From positions 44,321-108,320 of the IMG/VR virus record IMGVR_UViG_3300006467_000454: 64,000 nucleotides of DNA. One strand, given 5' to 3'. Within the stretch, counting starts at the first letter, position 1; every line of letters begins with the position of its first letter. The notes under the pieces are model-generated. The model was not told the DNA's origin. It saw only the letters and a list, made by a program, of their open reading frames with translations, and did not search any database. The DNA comes from a virus. Its lineage: Duplodnaviria > Caudoviricetes. Positions 1 to 10,817 of this stretch are shown here, one piece after another. A program made the translations under genes and the position numbers.

Positions 1-20
1 CAAGAATTCCAGCAGCCCAA

Positions 21-3000
21 ATGCCTTTGACCCCTACTTTTGACCAAATTACTTTAAATAACGCTGCCACTATGCCAAGTGGTGCTGTAAGGTTGGATCA
101 ATTGAATAGTGCAATCTTAGGGCAGCATTGGCAAACACCAGCGGATGATATTTTATCAACTCCACCAACTTCACCCGTTTTGGATTCAAGGTATATTATT
201 AATCCAACTGGGACTGGTGCTTGGGCTGGGCATGATAATGAAATCGCCCAATGGAATGGGGCAGATTGGGATTTTACAACACCACAAGAAGGTTGGACTC
301 TTTGGGTTAGGGATGTTGATACTAACTACAATTACAATGGTACAGCTTGGGTTGAGTTTGGGACGACTGTAACTCACAATAATTTAACGGGGCTACAAGG
401 GGGTCAAGCAGGTGAATATTATCACTTGACAGCAGCTCAGCACGCAGCAGCTATCACTACCCCTACCCTTCAAACTGTTACAGTTGCAGGGGCTACATCA
501 GATCAAGATTTAATACTTACAGGGGGGATATCTTCAACAGCAAGTGGAAGTAATTCTGAGAGATTTGGAGATGGAGCTTTGGCTAATGTTGTTGCTTTAG
601 ATGGTAATGGGTTTTACAATACTGCTTTTGGTAAAAATGCTCTGAATTCCCTTAACAATGGATTCAGGAATACAGCATTTGGGGAAGCAGCGTTGCAAAG
701 TGCTACGACAGCTTCGAGTTGTTCTGCTTTTGGTAGATTTGCGCTTGGTGGGGGTGTCCTCACAGGTTCGAATAATTCAGCATTCGGAATTTCTGCTTTA
801 GCGAGTGCAACATCAGGTGCAAATAATGACGCATTTGGGAATTCTGCTTTAGGTGCTACTACAACAGGAGAAAGTAATTGTGCTTTTGGTGGGACAACGA
901 TGAGTTCTAATACAACTGGATCTTTTAATTCTGCCTTTGGTAGATCAGCCCTCAGCCAAAATAGAGAGGGAACAAATAACACTGCAATTGGATTTGAAGC
1001 GTTAAGGAATTCAAGACCTACAAGTGGCACTATGGATAATTCTACAGCAGTAGGGTATCAAGCAGGGATAAATCAGCAAGGTGATAATAACTTATTCTTA
1101 GGTTATAGGGCAGGATATCACGCTTCAAATATCACAAGTTTCACTAATTCAGTTGCAATTGGTGCTAATTCAAATATAGATGCGAGTAACCAAATTGTAT
1201 TTGGGGATGCAAATGTTACTGAGATAAAAACTGCAGCCTCATTCAATAGTTCAAATGCTTCCCCAATAGGGTCGGCTCCTGGGGGAACAAATGTCCCTTC
1301 TGGATCTGTATTAAGGGCTGATGGGTCCGGAGGGTCTTCTTGGCAACAATCTTCTGGGTATGAAACTTTTGTAGTAGGCACTTATAACGAACTTACTTCT
1401 GCTCTTACTTCTGCACAGACAGCAGGGGCAGGGTTGATATTATTTTCTGCAGATATTGCGGTCCCTGCAACCACAGTTATGAATTACGATTATTCAGGTG
1501 TTACAATTGACCTTGGTGGGTTTGCATTAGATTTAGGTTCGAATGCTAGAATTTCTCACCAATCAAGTAATGATAGGAGTATGGTTCTATTCACTAATGG
1601 TGCCATACGGGGGGATGTAACATCAACAAGCAAGTTATTCTTCGAAACTGTAACAACTGGGTATTGTAGGGTTGTATTTGATGATATAAGTTTCGATAAC
1701 ATTGTTCAAAATGATGATGCATCTAGAACCAATAACCATATCCAATTAAGTTCTACAACAGGAAGGAGTACAAGAATTGAATTCTTAAGAAATATAATTT
1801 TCACTAATAATGAAGATATTTCCGCAGGGCAACTTGAAATTAGGAATGTTGCATCATTTGAGCTTCACGTTGTTACATTATTCAACAAATATGTAACTGA
1901 TACAGAAAGAACGAATAGGATTGCAATTGTAGGTTCTTCACCTGCACAATTAGCTGATTCTGACATATTAAATGATGGTAGTTGGGATGTAGTTTCTATA
2001 ACTGGGAGTTTGGCGATTTCAGAATTTAATCTCTATGATTTCACGTCAGGAACACCAACCTTACAGCAGGTTACAACTGCTGGTGCTTCTACAACAGATG
2101 GGATAACAATTGGGGATACATTGAATTTAGGGGCTGGAACTAATACTGTGAATAAAACTATATTCGCAAATAATGGGGATGCCAGTAAACCTGCGATTAG
2201 ATATAATGAAACTACCAATGCTTGGCAGTTTTCTGACGATGGATCAATATTCACAAATTTTGGTGGGGGTGCCGTTGCATCATTATCTCCTGAAGTTACT
2301 GATACTTATAGGGATTATACAGATCATTTGACTGTAACAGGAATAATCGGATCAGATGTGATGCAAGGCTTAACCTATTTCAATGGATTTTGGTATTGGG
2401 GTCAAAACTTAGGTGCTGGGGTTAATGGTAGGATTTATAAGATTAACGCAACAACTGGGGCTGTTGATTCTAACTTTGCAGGACCCCCTCACGCTGCTAC
2501 AGGTGATGTCAGGGAAGACCATAATACTATGATCTGGGGATCTGGTGGTGATGATGTACCTGCTGCTTGGGAAATAGATGGGAATGGGACTCTTATCAGG
2601 CAATGGACATTTACTGGGACTACTTACAACAGGGGTGGTGCGGTTGTTTATGTTAGTGAAAATAAAATTTTATTATATTCTTCATCGAATTGGAATTTTG
2701 ATTTACGAGAAGTTACAATTAATGATGATGGCACTTGGGTTTACGGATCAGTTGTCGCAACTGGAACTCGTAGTATGGGTAGACCTCAAGGATTTGATTA
2801 TAAAGATGGATTCCTTTACTACCTTTGTGATGAGTATAATATAGCTGCCGATTCCGCAGATGAAACTGTAAAAGTCATTTACAAGTTAAGGATGCCAGAT
2901 GCAAGTGGTCCTGTTGAAGTTGTGAATGCTTGGAAATATCAGACTGGTACAACATTTGATGAAGCGGAAGGATTAACTTTCGTTGGGGATGAACTATATT

Positions 3001-3488
3001 TTGGGGCACATGATTCTAAGAAAATTAGGCAAGCCCATTTCCCTACAACAAGCCGAAGTGTAACAACTAATTATTTACACATTGGGGAAGAGAGGTTAGC
3101 AGGGATTAGTTTAGCTGCATTGATTGAAGGTGATGTTACATCCACTGGGGTATTCAGGGGAGATAACATTTGGCCAGTAAATTACCGAACTTTGTCAGGG
3201 ACTTCAGTAAGTATGAATGCAAGCACTTCACTCAATGCGATAATTACCCTATCCGCTGCCACAACCACAATAAATATGAGTGGTTTAGTTAGTGGGATGA
3301 GTGGTAATATAATCGTGAATCAGGATGCTACTGGGGGGAGATTATTAGCTATAACCCCGACCCCTAAAGTAATCAATGGTGGAGGTGGAAATATTCCATT
3401 AACAAGCGCAGCTAATGCTAGGGATATTGTATCTTGGACTTATGATGGCACTAATTTGAATGTGAATGTAGGACCTAATTATACTTAA
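21..3488 (+). CDS. Tail fibre / receptor-binding protein (DUF2793-like N-terminus, NxAFG beta-roll repeats, propeller-like segment, C-terminal tip domain)
   Basis: N-terminal PPTSP..RYII..GTGAWAGHDNEIAQW..W.F..P.EGW matches the DUF2793 pattern; about 10 tandem 14-aa NTAFG..AL repeats; G/T/S/N-rich; C-terminal IIVNQDATGGR...LTSAANARDIVS. Confidence 0.8.
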   Translation: MPLTPTFDQITLNNAATMPSGAVRLDQLNSAILGQHWQTPADDILSTPPTSPVLDSRYIINPTGTGAWAGHDNEIAQWNGADWDFTTPQEGWTLWVRDVDTNYNYNGTAWVEFGTTVTHNNLTGLQGGQAGEYYHLTAAQHAAAITTPTLQTVTVAGATSDQDLILTGGISSTASGSNSERFGDGALANVVALDGNGFYNTAFGKNALNSLNNGFRNTAFGEAALQSATTASSCSAFGRFALGGGVLTGSNNSAFGISALASATSGANNDAFGNSALGATTTGESNCAFGGTTMSSNTTGSFNSAFGRSALSQNREGTNNTAIGFEALRNSRPTSGTMDNSTAVGYQAGINQQGDNNLFLGYRAGYHASNITSFTNSVAIGANSNIDASNQIVFGDANVTEIKTAASFNSSNASPIGSAPGGTNVPSGSVLRADGSGGSSWQQSSGYETFVVGTYNELTSALTSAQTAGAGLILFSADIAVPATTVMNYDYSGVTIDLGGFALDLGSNARISHQSSNDRSMVLFTNGAIRGDVTSTSKLFFETVTTGYCRVVFDDISFDNIVQNDDASRTNNHIQLSSTTGRSTRIEFLRNIIFTNNEDISAGQLEIRNVASFELHVVTLFNKYVTDTERTNRIAIVGSSPAQLADSDILNDGSWDVVSITGSLAISEFNLYDFTSGTPTLQQVTTAGASTTDGITIGDTLNLGAGTNTVNKTIFANNGDASKPAIRYNETTNAWQFSDDGSIFTNFGGGAVASLSPEVTDTYRDYTDHLTVTGIIGSDVMQGLTYFNGFWYWGQNLGAGVNGRIYKINATTGAVDSNFAGPPHAATGDVREDHNTMIWGSGGDDVPAAWEIDGNGTLIRQWTFTGTTYNRGGAVVYVSENKILLYSSSNWNFDLREVTINDDGTWVYGSVVATGTRSMGRPQGFDYKDGFLYYLCDEYNIAADSADETVKVIYKLRMPDASGPVEVVNAWKYQTGTTFDEAEGLTFVGDELYFGAHDSKKIRQAHFPTTSRSVTTNYLHIGEERLAGISLAALIEGDVTSTGVFRGDNIWPVNYRTLSGTSVSMNASTSLNAIITLSAATTTINMSGLVSGMSGNIIVNQDATGGRLLAITPTPKVINGGGGNIPLTSAANARDIVSWTYDGTNLNVNVGPNYT

Positions 3489-3489
3489 A

Positions 3490-4626
3490 ATGGGGAATAA
3501 TGTAATGTTTTTCGGGCACAACAGGGTGTTCGGTACAGGACCTGCCGAGAACCAAGCGAGGGTAACTATTCGTGCTGCTAGGAGAATTACTTCTACTAGC
3601 GTACGATTTAGTGTCCTCCTTACGATAGATCAACCATTATCTGTTGTTTCGGATATTAGGGTTAGCCTATCAAGACCAGGAGGGGGTATATTCACCCTGT
3701 TTTATAATATCCCAATTGGGGCGTATTCTGATACAGTAGATATATTGATGACGGATGCACCTACGGATAACACTTTTGTTGCAACTGCGGAAATAACAAC
3801 AATTAACACCGCTGGTGTTACAGGTTTAGGGAACACTGATACTATTTCTCCATCTGATATCCCTGATATTGCTTCCCCTACATTTGTTGTAGCAAGTAGT
3901 TCAGTTGGGGATTCATCCCCAAGGGGCATGGCTTTCAGTTTAGATGGGTCTAAGATGTTCGTGATGGGGGGAACAGCAGATAGCGTAAGGGAATTTAACT
4001 TGCCTACTCCATATTCTGTTTCAACGATATCGTTTACTAATGTCACCGTAAATGTTAATCCTCAAGACCAATTCCCAAGGGGCGTCAGATTTAACAATGA
4101 CGGTAGAAGAATGTATATTACAGGTAGTGACCTTGATACCGTGGCGCAATATAATTTATCAACCCCTTGGGTTTTGAATACTGCGGTTTTTAATAATCAA
4201 ATAGCTGTAACTGCCCAAGATGGAACTCCAAGATCTTTATTTTTCCGGAATGATGGGGAGAAAATGTGGGTTGTAGGCACTGATAATGATACTATTTTCG
4301 AATATGATTTATCAACCGCTTGGGAAATATCAACAGCAACTTATAACAATGTATCAATGGCTCTTAACACTGCTAACACAAATCCGGAAGGTGTGTCTAT
4401 TGATCCTTCGGGGTTAAGAATTTGGGCTACTGATGATACTAATGACAGGATATATCAATATGACCTAACTACGGCATTCGATATAACAACAATGGTTTAT
4501 AATAATGTTTCATTTTCCACAGCATCCCAAGCCAGCCAGCCAAGAGATGTTGTCTTCAGCTTAGATGGGTCTAAGATGTTTATAATGGATGGAAATTTAG
4601 ACAGGGTAAACGAGTATAATGTATAA
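3490..4626 (+). CDS. Beta-propeller virion protein (YncE-like repeats)
   Basis: About 5 repeats of P.G..F..DG.KM(F/Y)V.G...D.V.EY.L.T.W; next to the tail fibre gene. Confidence 0.65.
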   Translation: MGNNVMFFGHNRVFGTGPAENQARVTIRAARRITSTSVRFSVLLTIDQPLSVVSDIRVSLSRPGGGIFTLFYNIPIGAYSDTVDILMTDAPTDNTFVATAEITTINTAGVTGLGNTDTISPSDIPDIASPTFVVASSSVGDSSPRGMAFSLDGSKMFVMGGTADSVREFNLPTPYSVSTISFTNVTVNVNPQDQFPRGVRFNNDGRRMYITGSDLDTVAQYNLSTPWVLNTAVFNNQIAVTAQDGTPRSLFFRNDGEKMWVVGTDNDTIFEYDLSTAWEISTATYNNVSMALNTANTNPEGVSIDPSGLRIWATDDTNDRIYQYDLTTAFDITTMVYNNVSFSTASQASQPRDVVFSLDGSKMFIMDGNLDRVNEYNV

Positions 4627-4664
4627 TTATTAGTATATTTAAATAAATTTTAAATAATTGTAAA

Positions 4665-5135
4665 ATGAAGAATAAAGAATTGTATGAATTAGTTACCGTA
4701 ATTGGTAGGCTGAATAATTTTGAAAACCTTGACCTTGGGTGGAAATTTGCAGAAATGAATATGCAAATTGAAGAGAAGATTGAAAAGATTGATTTCTTGA
4801 AAAAATCCTTCAAGTACAATGACGAAGAAAATGAACTTGTACAGAAAATCCAAAAATTGGAAGGTAAGAAAGCTATGAGTACATCTAATATGGAACTCTA
4901 TAAGAAGCTTGATGAAGAGCTTGAGGCTTTATTGGAATCGGAAAAAGATCTTTTAGATTCAATGAAAAATAAAAGAGAAAAGGTTGCCGAGATTGATGAG
5001 TTAAGTGTTGACGAAGGTGAGGAATCAGGATTCAAACTTGTCCCTATCAAACTTTCCCAAGTGAAGAAAGAAGAAAAATTGATCAAGGCATTATCTACTT
5101 CGGATAAAAAATGGTTGCTAAAGGTCTGTAAATAA
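4665..5135 (+). CDS. Hypothetical coiled-coil protein
   Basis: 156 aa, E/K-rich; stop overlaps the next start (TAATG). Confidence 0.6.
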   Translation: MKNKELYELVTVIGRLNNFENLDLGWKFAEMNMQIEEKIEKIDFLKKSFKYNDEENELVQKIQKLEGKKAMSTSNMELYKKLDEELEALLESEKDLLDSMKNKREKVAEIDELSVDEGEESGFKLVPIKLSQVKKEEKLIKALSTSDKKWLLKVCK

Positions 5136-5638
5136 TGGGTGATTATAAAGAAGAAAAAGGTACAACTAGAGTTGGGGATTTCTTAAGGAGTCTTGGTAAC
5201 GTCGGGAAACCTATTTTAAAGGCAGCTGCTGGCTTAACAGGGCAAGAGTGGTTGAGTAACGTCGTTGATGGTATTAAAACCTCTAAGGAACTCTCTGAGG
5301 AGCAAAAAAATTACGCCCTTGAACTCCATACATTGGATGCTAAAGATAGGGCAAGTGCTCGTGAAATGAACATTGAAATTCAAAAGTCCGAACATTCTTC
5401 TTGGTTAGCAAAAAATACTGGTTATATTTTAGATATGGCCAGTATCTTGATAGTTGCTGGAATACTGGTTGCGATTTTCACCACAACCGTTCCGGAAGCG
5501 AACTCCGAGATTGCTTATTTGATTTTGGGGTATGTTATCAATGAATGTTTAAGCACTTGGAAATACCATAGGGGAAGCTCTGAAGGGAGTAAGTCTAAAA
5601 CTTTGGAAATGTTCAGGTCTTTAAGGGGGAAGAGGTAA
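5135..5638 (+). CDS. Holin-like membrane protein
   Basis: DRASAREM motif followed by two hydrophobic helices and a basic GSS.GS..K tail, as in small phage holins. Confidence 0.55.
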   Translation: MGDYKEEKGTTRVGDFLRSLGNVGKPILKAAAGLTGQEWLSNVVDGIKTSKELSEEQKNYALELHTLDAKDRASAREMNIEIQKSEHSSWLAKNTGYILDMASILIVAGILVAIFTTTVPEANSEIAYLILGYVINECLSTWKYHRGSSEGSKSKTLEMFRSLRGKR

Positions 5639-7198
5639 ATGGCGATTATAGAGAATAGATCTACTACAGAAGGGGATGTGTTAATTATACGGACTGAAGA
5701 GCCGATAGTTGGGCTTGTCTCCCTTCTTGGGTTTACTGACCAAACGGTTGGTGAAACCCCACAGGATTATTTTCGTAAAGAATTTAGATATTCTGTTAAT
5801 GGGGGGCTAACTTATACCCCATGGGTAGAATTGACTTCCGCTAATATTATGTCAGCTAATGTTAGCAAAAAAGATAATTTCATCATTGAATATAGGTATA
5901 TCCGAGTTGGTAATGTTGGAGAACTTGCATTTGAAAATATTTTATTGAATGGGCAATTTGAAGAATTAAATTACCCTATTTATGATAGGTTGCCATTTAG
6001 TGATTTCTTCCCAATAAAAGACCCAAATGTATTTGGGTGGGCTTTAAATGTTTTGGAGAAGCTTTACCAAAAAGGAATTCTTCCGGATTATGTTGAAAGG
6101 TTAGAAACAGGGGCTGTTGACGAAGATGAAGATTTTATCGCTTTCTGGAATTCAATTACAGAATTCTTTGCAATCCTTGTCTATTTTTCGAGACAATTCC
6201 AAAATTTGCATACTAATACAACCTTGTTAAGATTATTTGTAGAAACAAGAGGGTTGTTTACTTGTGATACTCAAGATTTAGAACAATTGAATTTCTTAGC
6301 TTCTAACCTTTACGATGAATATCGTAAGCGTGGGACTAGACAAATAAATTTACCAAAGTCTGGGGATGTTCCTGTTGATGGTGAATTATTGAGATTACTT
6401 TGTTGGGAAGCTAAAGATGAATTTATTTTTGCCCTTACTAAAAGGGGCGAGATGGGCTGGTGCCTTGGTAATTCATCCCCAATGTACACAGGGGCGGATG
6501 AGATTGTCAATATTAACAAATCTTATGAATTTACCCGTGAAGTTTTAGATCTCACCAAATATCCCCTAATAAACAGCAATGATATCACATTAGAACAGAA
6601 GAACGGAATTTCTATGATGAAATTAACTACTTCCGGAGCTGATGCTGGTATTGGGAATTCTACAGAAACGGATAAGTTAATCCCAATTGATAGTGGATTA
6701 GATTATATGTTGATGTTTAGGGTTATCGCTGAAGATTTAACGGCTGATTTAGATTTTGGTGTAGTAGTTTTCAATAAGGATAGGCAGATTATTGGCATAC
6801 AATCAATTGTGGATGGTTCCATTTCCAATATGTTCTTTGAAAATCAAGGGGTGAACCAAGCTGATGTAGAATATTGGGTTCGGGGTATTATTTTTAATTC
6901 GGGGAAAGCATTGAATTCTTCGGATTCCTTACCAATTGGATTTGGTAACAATCTAAGGTTCGTTGAAGGTGCAGAGTATATCCTACCCGTAATCAAATGT
7001 AGTAATTCTACAAAATTTATCAATAGTATTGATGTGAGACCTTTAGCATTACCAATTTCTAGGGGGGTGCTCACCCCAAAGAATTTTACCTTTGGATATT
7101 TTGAAAATAATGGCAGCTTGAATGACGATGATGCTAAACTCGAGATAAATTCCAAACTGATTTCTTATAATCAGTTTATAAAAATAAAATGGTTGTAA
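5639..7198 (+). CDS. Putative virion structural (baseplate/tail-associated) protein
   Basis: 519 aa acidic protein within the structural block; no recognised catalytic motif. Confidence 0.45.
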   Translation: MAIIENRSTTEGDVLIIRTEEPIVGLVSLLGFTDQTVGETPQDYFRKEFRYSVNGGLTYTPWVELTSANIMSANVSKKDNFIIEYRYIRVGNVGELAFENILLNGQFEELNYPIYDRLPFSDFFPIKDPNVFGWALNVLEKLYQKGILPDYVERLETGAVDEDEDFIAFWNSITEFFAILVYFSRQFQNLHTNTTLLRLFVETRGLFTCDTQDLEQLNFLASNLYDEYRKRGTRQINLPKSGDVPVDGELLRLLCWEAKDEFIFALTKRGEMGWCLGNSSPMYTGADEIVNINKSYEFTREVLDLTKYPLINSNDITLEQKNGISMMKLTTSGADAGIGNSTETDKLIPIDSGLDYMLMFRVIAEDLTADLDFGVVVFNKDRQIIGIQSIVDGSISNMFFENQGVNQADVEYWVRGIIFNSGKALNSSDSLPIGFGNNLRFVEGAEYILPVIKCSNSTKFINSIDVRPLALPISRGVLTPKNFTFGYFENNGSLNDDDAKLEINSKLISYNQFIKIKWL

Positions 7199-8691
7199 TG
7201 GATAAAAGTGGAAATTTAAATATATATAGAAATCTGTTTTTAGATGTAGAAGAATTGAATAGATTTTTTGATTTCAATGAAAACTCTGTTTCAAACCTAC
7301 TATTCACGATAAATGCTCAGAATTTTGGTGTGATAAATACAGCTCCGAATTTATCTGCGAATCAAAGTTTTTTGCTTTCATCTGGTAGTGTTCCTGGGAC
7401 TATTAGGTTGACGGATACTTCTTACGGTTTGGATAGTGGGGGACAATTCATTTTCCAAGAGCCTTTTGATAATTTACCTATTCAGGACACTAATGGCAAT
7501 GCTATACAGGATCAATGGGCTTGGGTTGTTATCCAACATAAGGAGGTGAAATATGAAGAGGGGATTGTTTCAATAGACGTTGATGGTAATCTCCGTGGAG
7601 TAAACACAGAATTCACAAGAGTTTTGAGGGGGCAAGGTAGTGGATTTTCTACATTTGTGAGGCTTTACACCCAAGGTGATGACCGTGAAATTACACTTTC
7701 TACGTTGAATAGCCAATTATATGAGGTTACAGATTTGGTAGATGATACCTCTGTTATTTTAAGTGGGGATTTCCAAGCTGAGAGTAATCTAAGGTATGTT
7801 GTTTTTGGGACATTTGCTTTGGGGCAAGATTCTTCAGCGATAGCAGCAGGTGGTATCTACAATTACAATGGGACTAGAATTACATTTATTCCGGAAGTCT
7901 TAACTGATTTCCCTCCTGTTGATTCAATAACCGCTGGGGAACAATTTTTTGTGGCAAGAGTATTTTGGAATACAACTACAAACATTGTTGAGGTTCAGGA
8001 TAAAAGGAGTTTTACAGCGGTGAACCCTTTGACTTCAGAATCTACCACATTCAATAATTATTACCAATTGAATTTTGGGGATATTATTGTGAACAATAAA
8101 GCTAATATTGATGCTTCAAATATCCCTACAGAATTTGCGGATGAATGGAGGGCAGCACTTTCTTTATTCTCTCAAGATGAAATAAATAATGCTTTAGGTA
8201 ATAAAGCCAATCGTGGGGGGGATAATCTCCAAAACGTAGCAACATGGAGGCAGAATTTGGAAGTCCCTTCTAATACTGAATTTGCGAATAAAGCGAATAA
8301 GGATGCCACGGGAATGAATACAGCCCAAATTAATGCTTGGAAGGCATTATTGGAGGTTCAAGCAGCACCAAGTGATACAGGCTGGATAGCTTGTGAGAAT
8401 CCAAGTGGGCTTTCAAGTTTCAGTATTAGGGCAAGGCAAATAGGAAAACATATTATCATTGCAGGGAGTGTTTCATTTACTGGTGGGAGTGATACAACCG
8501 TGTTTAGATTGCCAAGTGCAATACCAAACCCACCGTATGCAATGGGGTATTGTGCCCATACAGGAACTGGCGGAGAAAATAACAGGGCAGTCAACATAAG
8601 GATGCTAGCAAATGCGAACACTTGTGTTGCATACGATGCTGATGAAGACCTTGCTATCTACATCAATTTTTCTTACTTTACAAGTAATTAA
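7189..8691 (+). CDS. Putative tail/baseplate fibre protein
   Basis: KAN..A.N repeats (coiled fibre shaft) and a C-terminal SDTGW...R.IGK...F.LP domain typical of phage fibre tips. Confidence 0.55.
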   Translation: MVVMDKSGNLNIYRNLFLDVEELNRFFDFNENSVSNLLFTINAQNFGVINTAPNLSANQSFLLSSGSVPGTIRLTDTSYGLDSGGQFIFQEPFDNLPIQDTNGNAIQDQWAWVVIQHKEVKYEEGIVSIDVDGNLRGVNTEFTRVLRGQGSGFSTFVRLYTQGDDREITLSTLNSQLYEVTDLVDDTSVILSGDFQAESNLRYVVFGTFALGQDSSAIAAGGIYNYNGTRITFIPEVLTDFPPVDSITAGEQFFVARVFWNTTTNIVEVQDKRSFTAVNPLTSESTTFNNYYQLNFGDIIVNNKANIDASNIPTEFADEWRAALSLFSQDEINNALGNKANRGGDNLQNVATWRQNLEVPSNTEFANKANKDATGMNTAQINAWKALLEVQAAPSDTGWIACENPSGLSSFSIRARQIGKHIIIAGSVSFTGGSDTTVFRLPSAIPNPPYAMGYCAHTGTGGENNRAVNIRMLANANTCVAYDADEDLAIYINFSYFTSN

Positions 8692-8693
8692 TT

Positions 8694-9248
8694 ATGAGAT
8701 TATTCTATACAATAACAAGTGGGGTTGATCAAATTCAACCAAAGCCGAGTAATTCACTGGGGGGGTTCAGGTCTTCTTCACCTGTCCCAAATGGCACATT
8801 TAGTAATCTATTTGGGGAAATCAGTAAGTTAACTGTACAGCGTGGGGATAGACCTCAGTACATTGGGTTGATTTTAAGGAATGAAACAGGGGCAGCCGTA
8901 ACAAATGTTGAGATTTGGTTTGATTATCCTGAGGGGGCTTATTCTACATTTAGAATCGCTGCTGTTGCTTTGACAGCAAATGGGCAAATGGAAGATGTTC
9001 CGAATTCATATTCTAAACCCCTTAACGCAACATTCTTTGAAGCTAACGGATCAGCTAATCTAGTTGGGGTTGGTGATATTGCACAAGATGGGCAATTGGG
9101 GATATGGATTGAACGTACTTTGGACATTGATTTAATCAGGCAAACTCAAGCTAATATTTATGAGCCAACCGCCGAAGACCCTAGGAGATTCCAACCTATT
9201 GAATTAGATAAAGTGGAAGATATAAAAATTAATATTAAATGGGATTAA
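8694..9248 (+). CDS. Putative virion protein
   Basis: P..SLGG..SS...NLF.EIS motif and G.W.ERT; at the end of the structural block. Confidence 0.45.
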   Translation: MRLFYTITSGVDQIQPKPSNSLGGFRSSSPVPNGTFSNLFGEISKLTVQRGDRPQYIGLILRNETGAAVTNVEIWFDYPEGAYSTFRIAAVALTANGQMEDVPNSYSKPLNATFFEANGSANLVGVGDIAQDGQLGIWIERTLDIDLIRQTQANIYEPTAEDPRRFQPIELDKVEDIKINIKWD

Positions 9249-9281
9249 TTCCCGTTTAATATTTTTATTAACTTTACTTTT

Positions 9282-9803
9282 ATGAAGCAAAAAATCGTAA
9301 CATTGTACCAGATATTTGTTCGGTACACATCCGGAAACTTTCTCTATTATTTCTCCCCATCCAAAAGGGAAGAAACGATGATATTGAATTTCGTCACAAC
9401 CTTTGCAAAGGATTATGACGATGATTCATTATTTGATTATTTCACATTCCAATTTTTTAGGTATAATGATATTGAAACTAAGTTCGACAGGGTAATGTTG
9501 AATTGGGTTATTGGGAAGGCAGCAATTGAAAAATGGAATAAGAAAAGTGATAGCCATTTATTTAAGGCGAAAGAATTTGCTTATAAAAATGGGATTCAAA
9601 ACCCATTTAGGGATACTAAGATAAAAAAGAGTAAATCTGAGGGATTTACCTTAGGAGATACCCCCTTTTATAATCGTGAACGGAAAAGGTTCTACGGGAA
9701 GAAAAGGGGTTTGATACATTGTATAGAAATGGGGCTTTTTAATTCAGAATTGGATATTTGTAAAAAGTGCCCTAATTTTAAAGTTTGCGATGGTCAAGTA
9801 TGA
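9282..9803 (+). CDS. Hypothetical protein with C-terminal Cys cluster
   Basis: 173 aa; HC...C..C...C at the C-terminus. Confidence 0.55.
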   Translation: MKQKIVTLYQIFVRYTSGNFLYYFSPSKREETMILNFVTTFAKDYDDDSLFDYFTFQFFRYNDIETKFDRVMLNWVIGKAAIEKWNKKSDSHLFKAKEFAYKNGIQNPFRDTKIKKSKSEGFTLGDTPFYNRERKRFYGKKRGLIHCIEMGLFNSELDICKKCPNFKVCDGQV

Positions 9804-10284
9804 AGAAGAACCGTGTGCCTGTGGAAACCATTATATCCAAAACAGGACAAAGTGGCTTTGCTCAGATTGTGTTTATAAAAGGAACCATGGGGGGAAGGCC
9901 AGAAGAGAGGTAGCTCTAGAAAAGGAAAAAGAAAAACAGATTAATTTTAAAAATAAAAAGCGAAAGAAAAATAAGAAGAAATCATCAAAGAAAAAGAAGG
10001 AGCCTACGGGGGAATATGATTTGTTTTTGGTGATTTGGGGAGAGCGAGAGCATATTTGCCATAATTGTAAGATGAACCTAGATAGGTTTGTTGATACGGA
10101 GACTGGTAATCCCTCTGCTATGTTATTCATGCATATGGTTAGTAAAGGGGCAAATGGGAGATTGAGGTTGAAAAAGAAAAATATAAAATTGGGTTGCCCA
10201 GAATGCCATTATGCTCATGATCACCAAGGGAAGAAGGCATTTAAGAAACGCAAAAATCTGTATAAAAATGAACAAATATTTTAG
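9790..10284 (+). CDS. Zn-binding HNH-like nuclease
   Basis: CxxC ... F.H..SKG....RL...NI...CxxCH...D pattern; extra N-terminal Cys cluster. Confidence 0.55.
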   Translation: MVKYEEEPCACGNHYIQNRTKWLCSDCVYKRNHGGKARREVALEKEKEKQINFKNKKRKKNKKKSSKKKKEPTGEYDLFLVIWGEREHICHNCKMNLDRFVDTETGNPSAMLFMHMVSKGANGRLRLKKKNIKLGCPECHYAHDHQGKKAFKKRKNLYKNEQIF

Positions 10285-10813
10285 GAGCGCAGTAGATAGG
10301 TTTAATAAAAAGTTTAAGAAAGAATCTTTCATTAGCCCTATTTCTGAGAAGGATGTCAAAATTATTGAGTATATTAAAGTTGCATTGGAAGAATCTCCTG
10401 CATACGGGGGGTTGATTGCCATTTTAGATGAATGGAAAGGGATTGCAGATGAAGAAATACTTGGGAATGTTGAGAATTGGCTTGTAGAAACTTCTGGGGA
10501 TGATGAAGAAGAGGGAGAGGAAAAGGAAGAAAGTAAACTTGAAAAGATGCTCAAACGACCCCCAATTGTTGTTTTAAATGGGGAGCGTATCCAACTACAA
10601 CTTATCTACAGTTATGCTAAGTATGAACTTTATGATGATAATGGGGATTTTGATAGCTATTGTATAAAGCTAAATGAAACCCCAGAGGAAGTGAAAAGAA
10701 TTCCTCTCTTTGCCAACTATCTAGTTAAATTCTACGATGAAGATTTAAGGGATGAAACAATTGAAAAATTAGATAAATGGTTCAAAGAGTTTAATACTAA
10801 TATTTTAAAATAA
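10268..10813 (+). CDS. Hypothetical protein
   Basis: Start moved to the ATG at 10268, which overlaps the upstream gene end. Confidence 0.55.
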   Translation: MNKYFRSAVDRFNKKFKKESFISPISEKDVKIIEYIKVALEESPAYGGLIAILDEWKGIADEEILGNVENWLVETSGDDEEEGEEKEESKLEKMLKRPPIVVLNGERIQLQLIYSYAKYELYDDNGDFDSYCIKLNETPEEVKRIPLFANYLVKFYDEDLRDETIEKLDKWFKEFNTNILK

Positions 10814-10817
10814 TTTT

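Noticed and set aside
3930-4585. DNA repeat TTAGATGGGTCTAAGATGTT as a DGR template/variable pair
   Set aside because: It encodes the repeated propeller blade FSLDGSKMF; no reverse transcriptase in the window and no adenine-specific divergence
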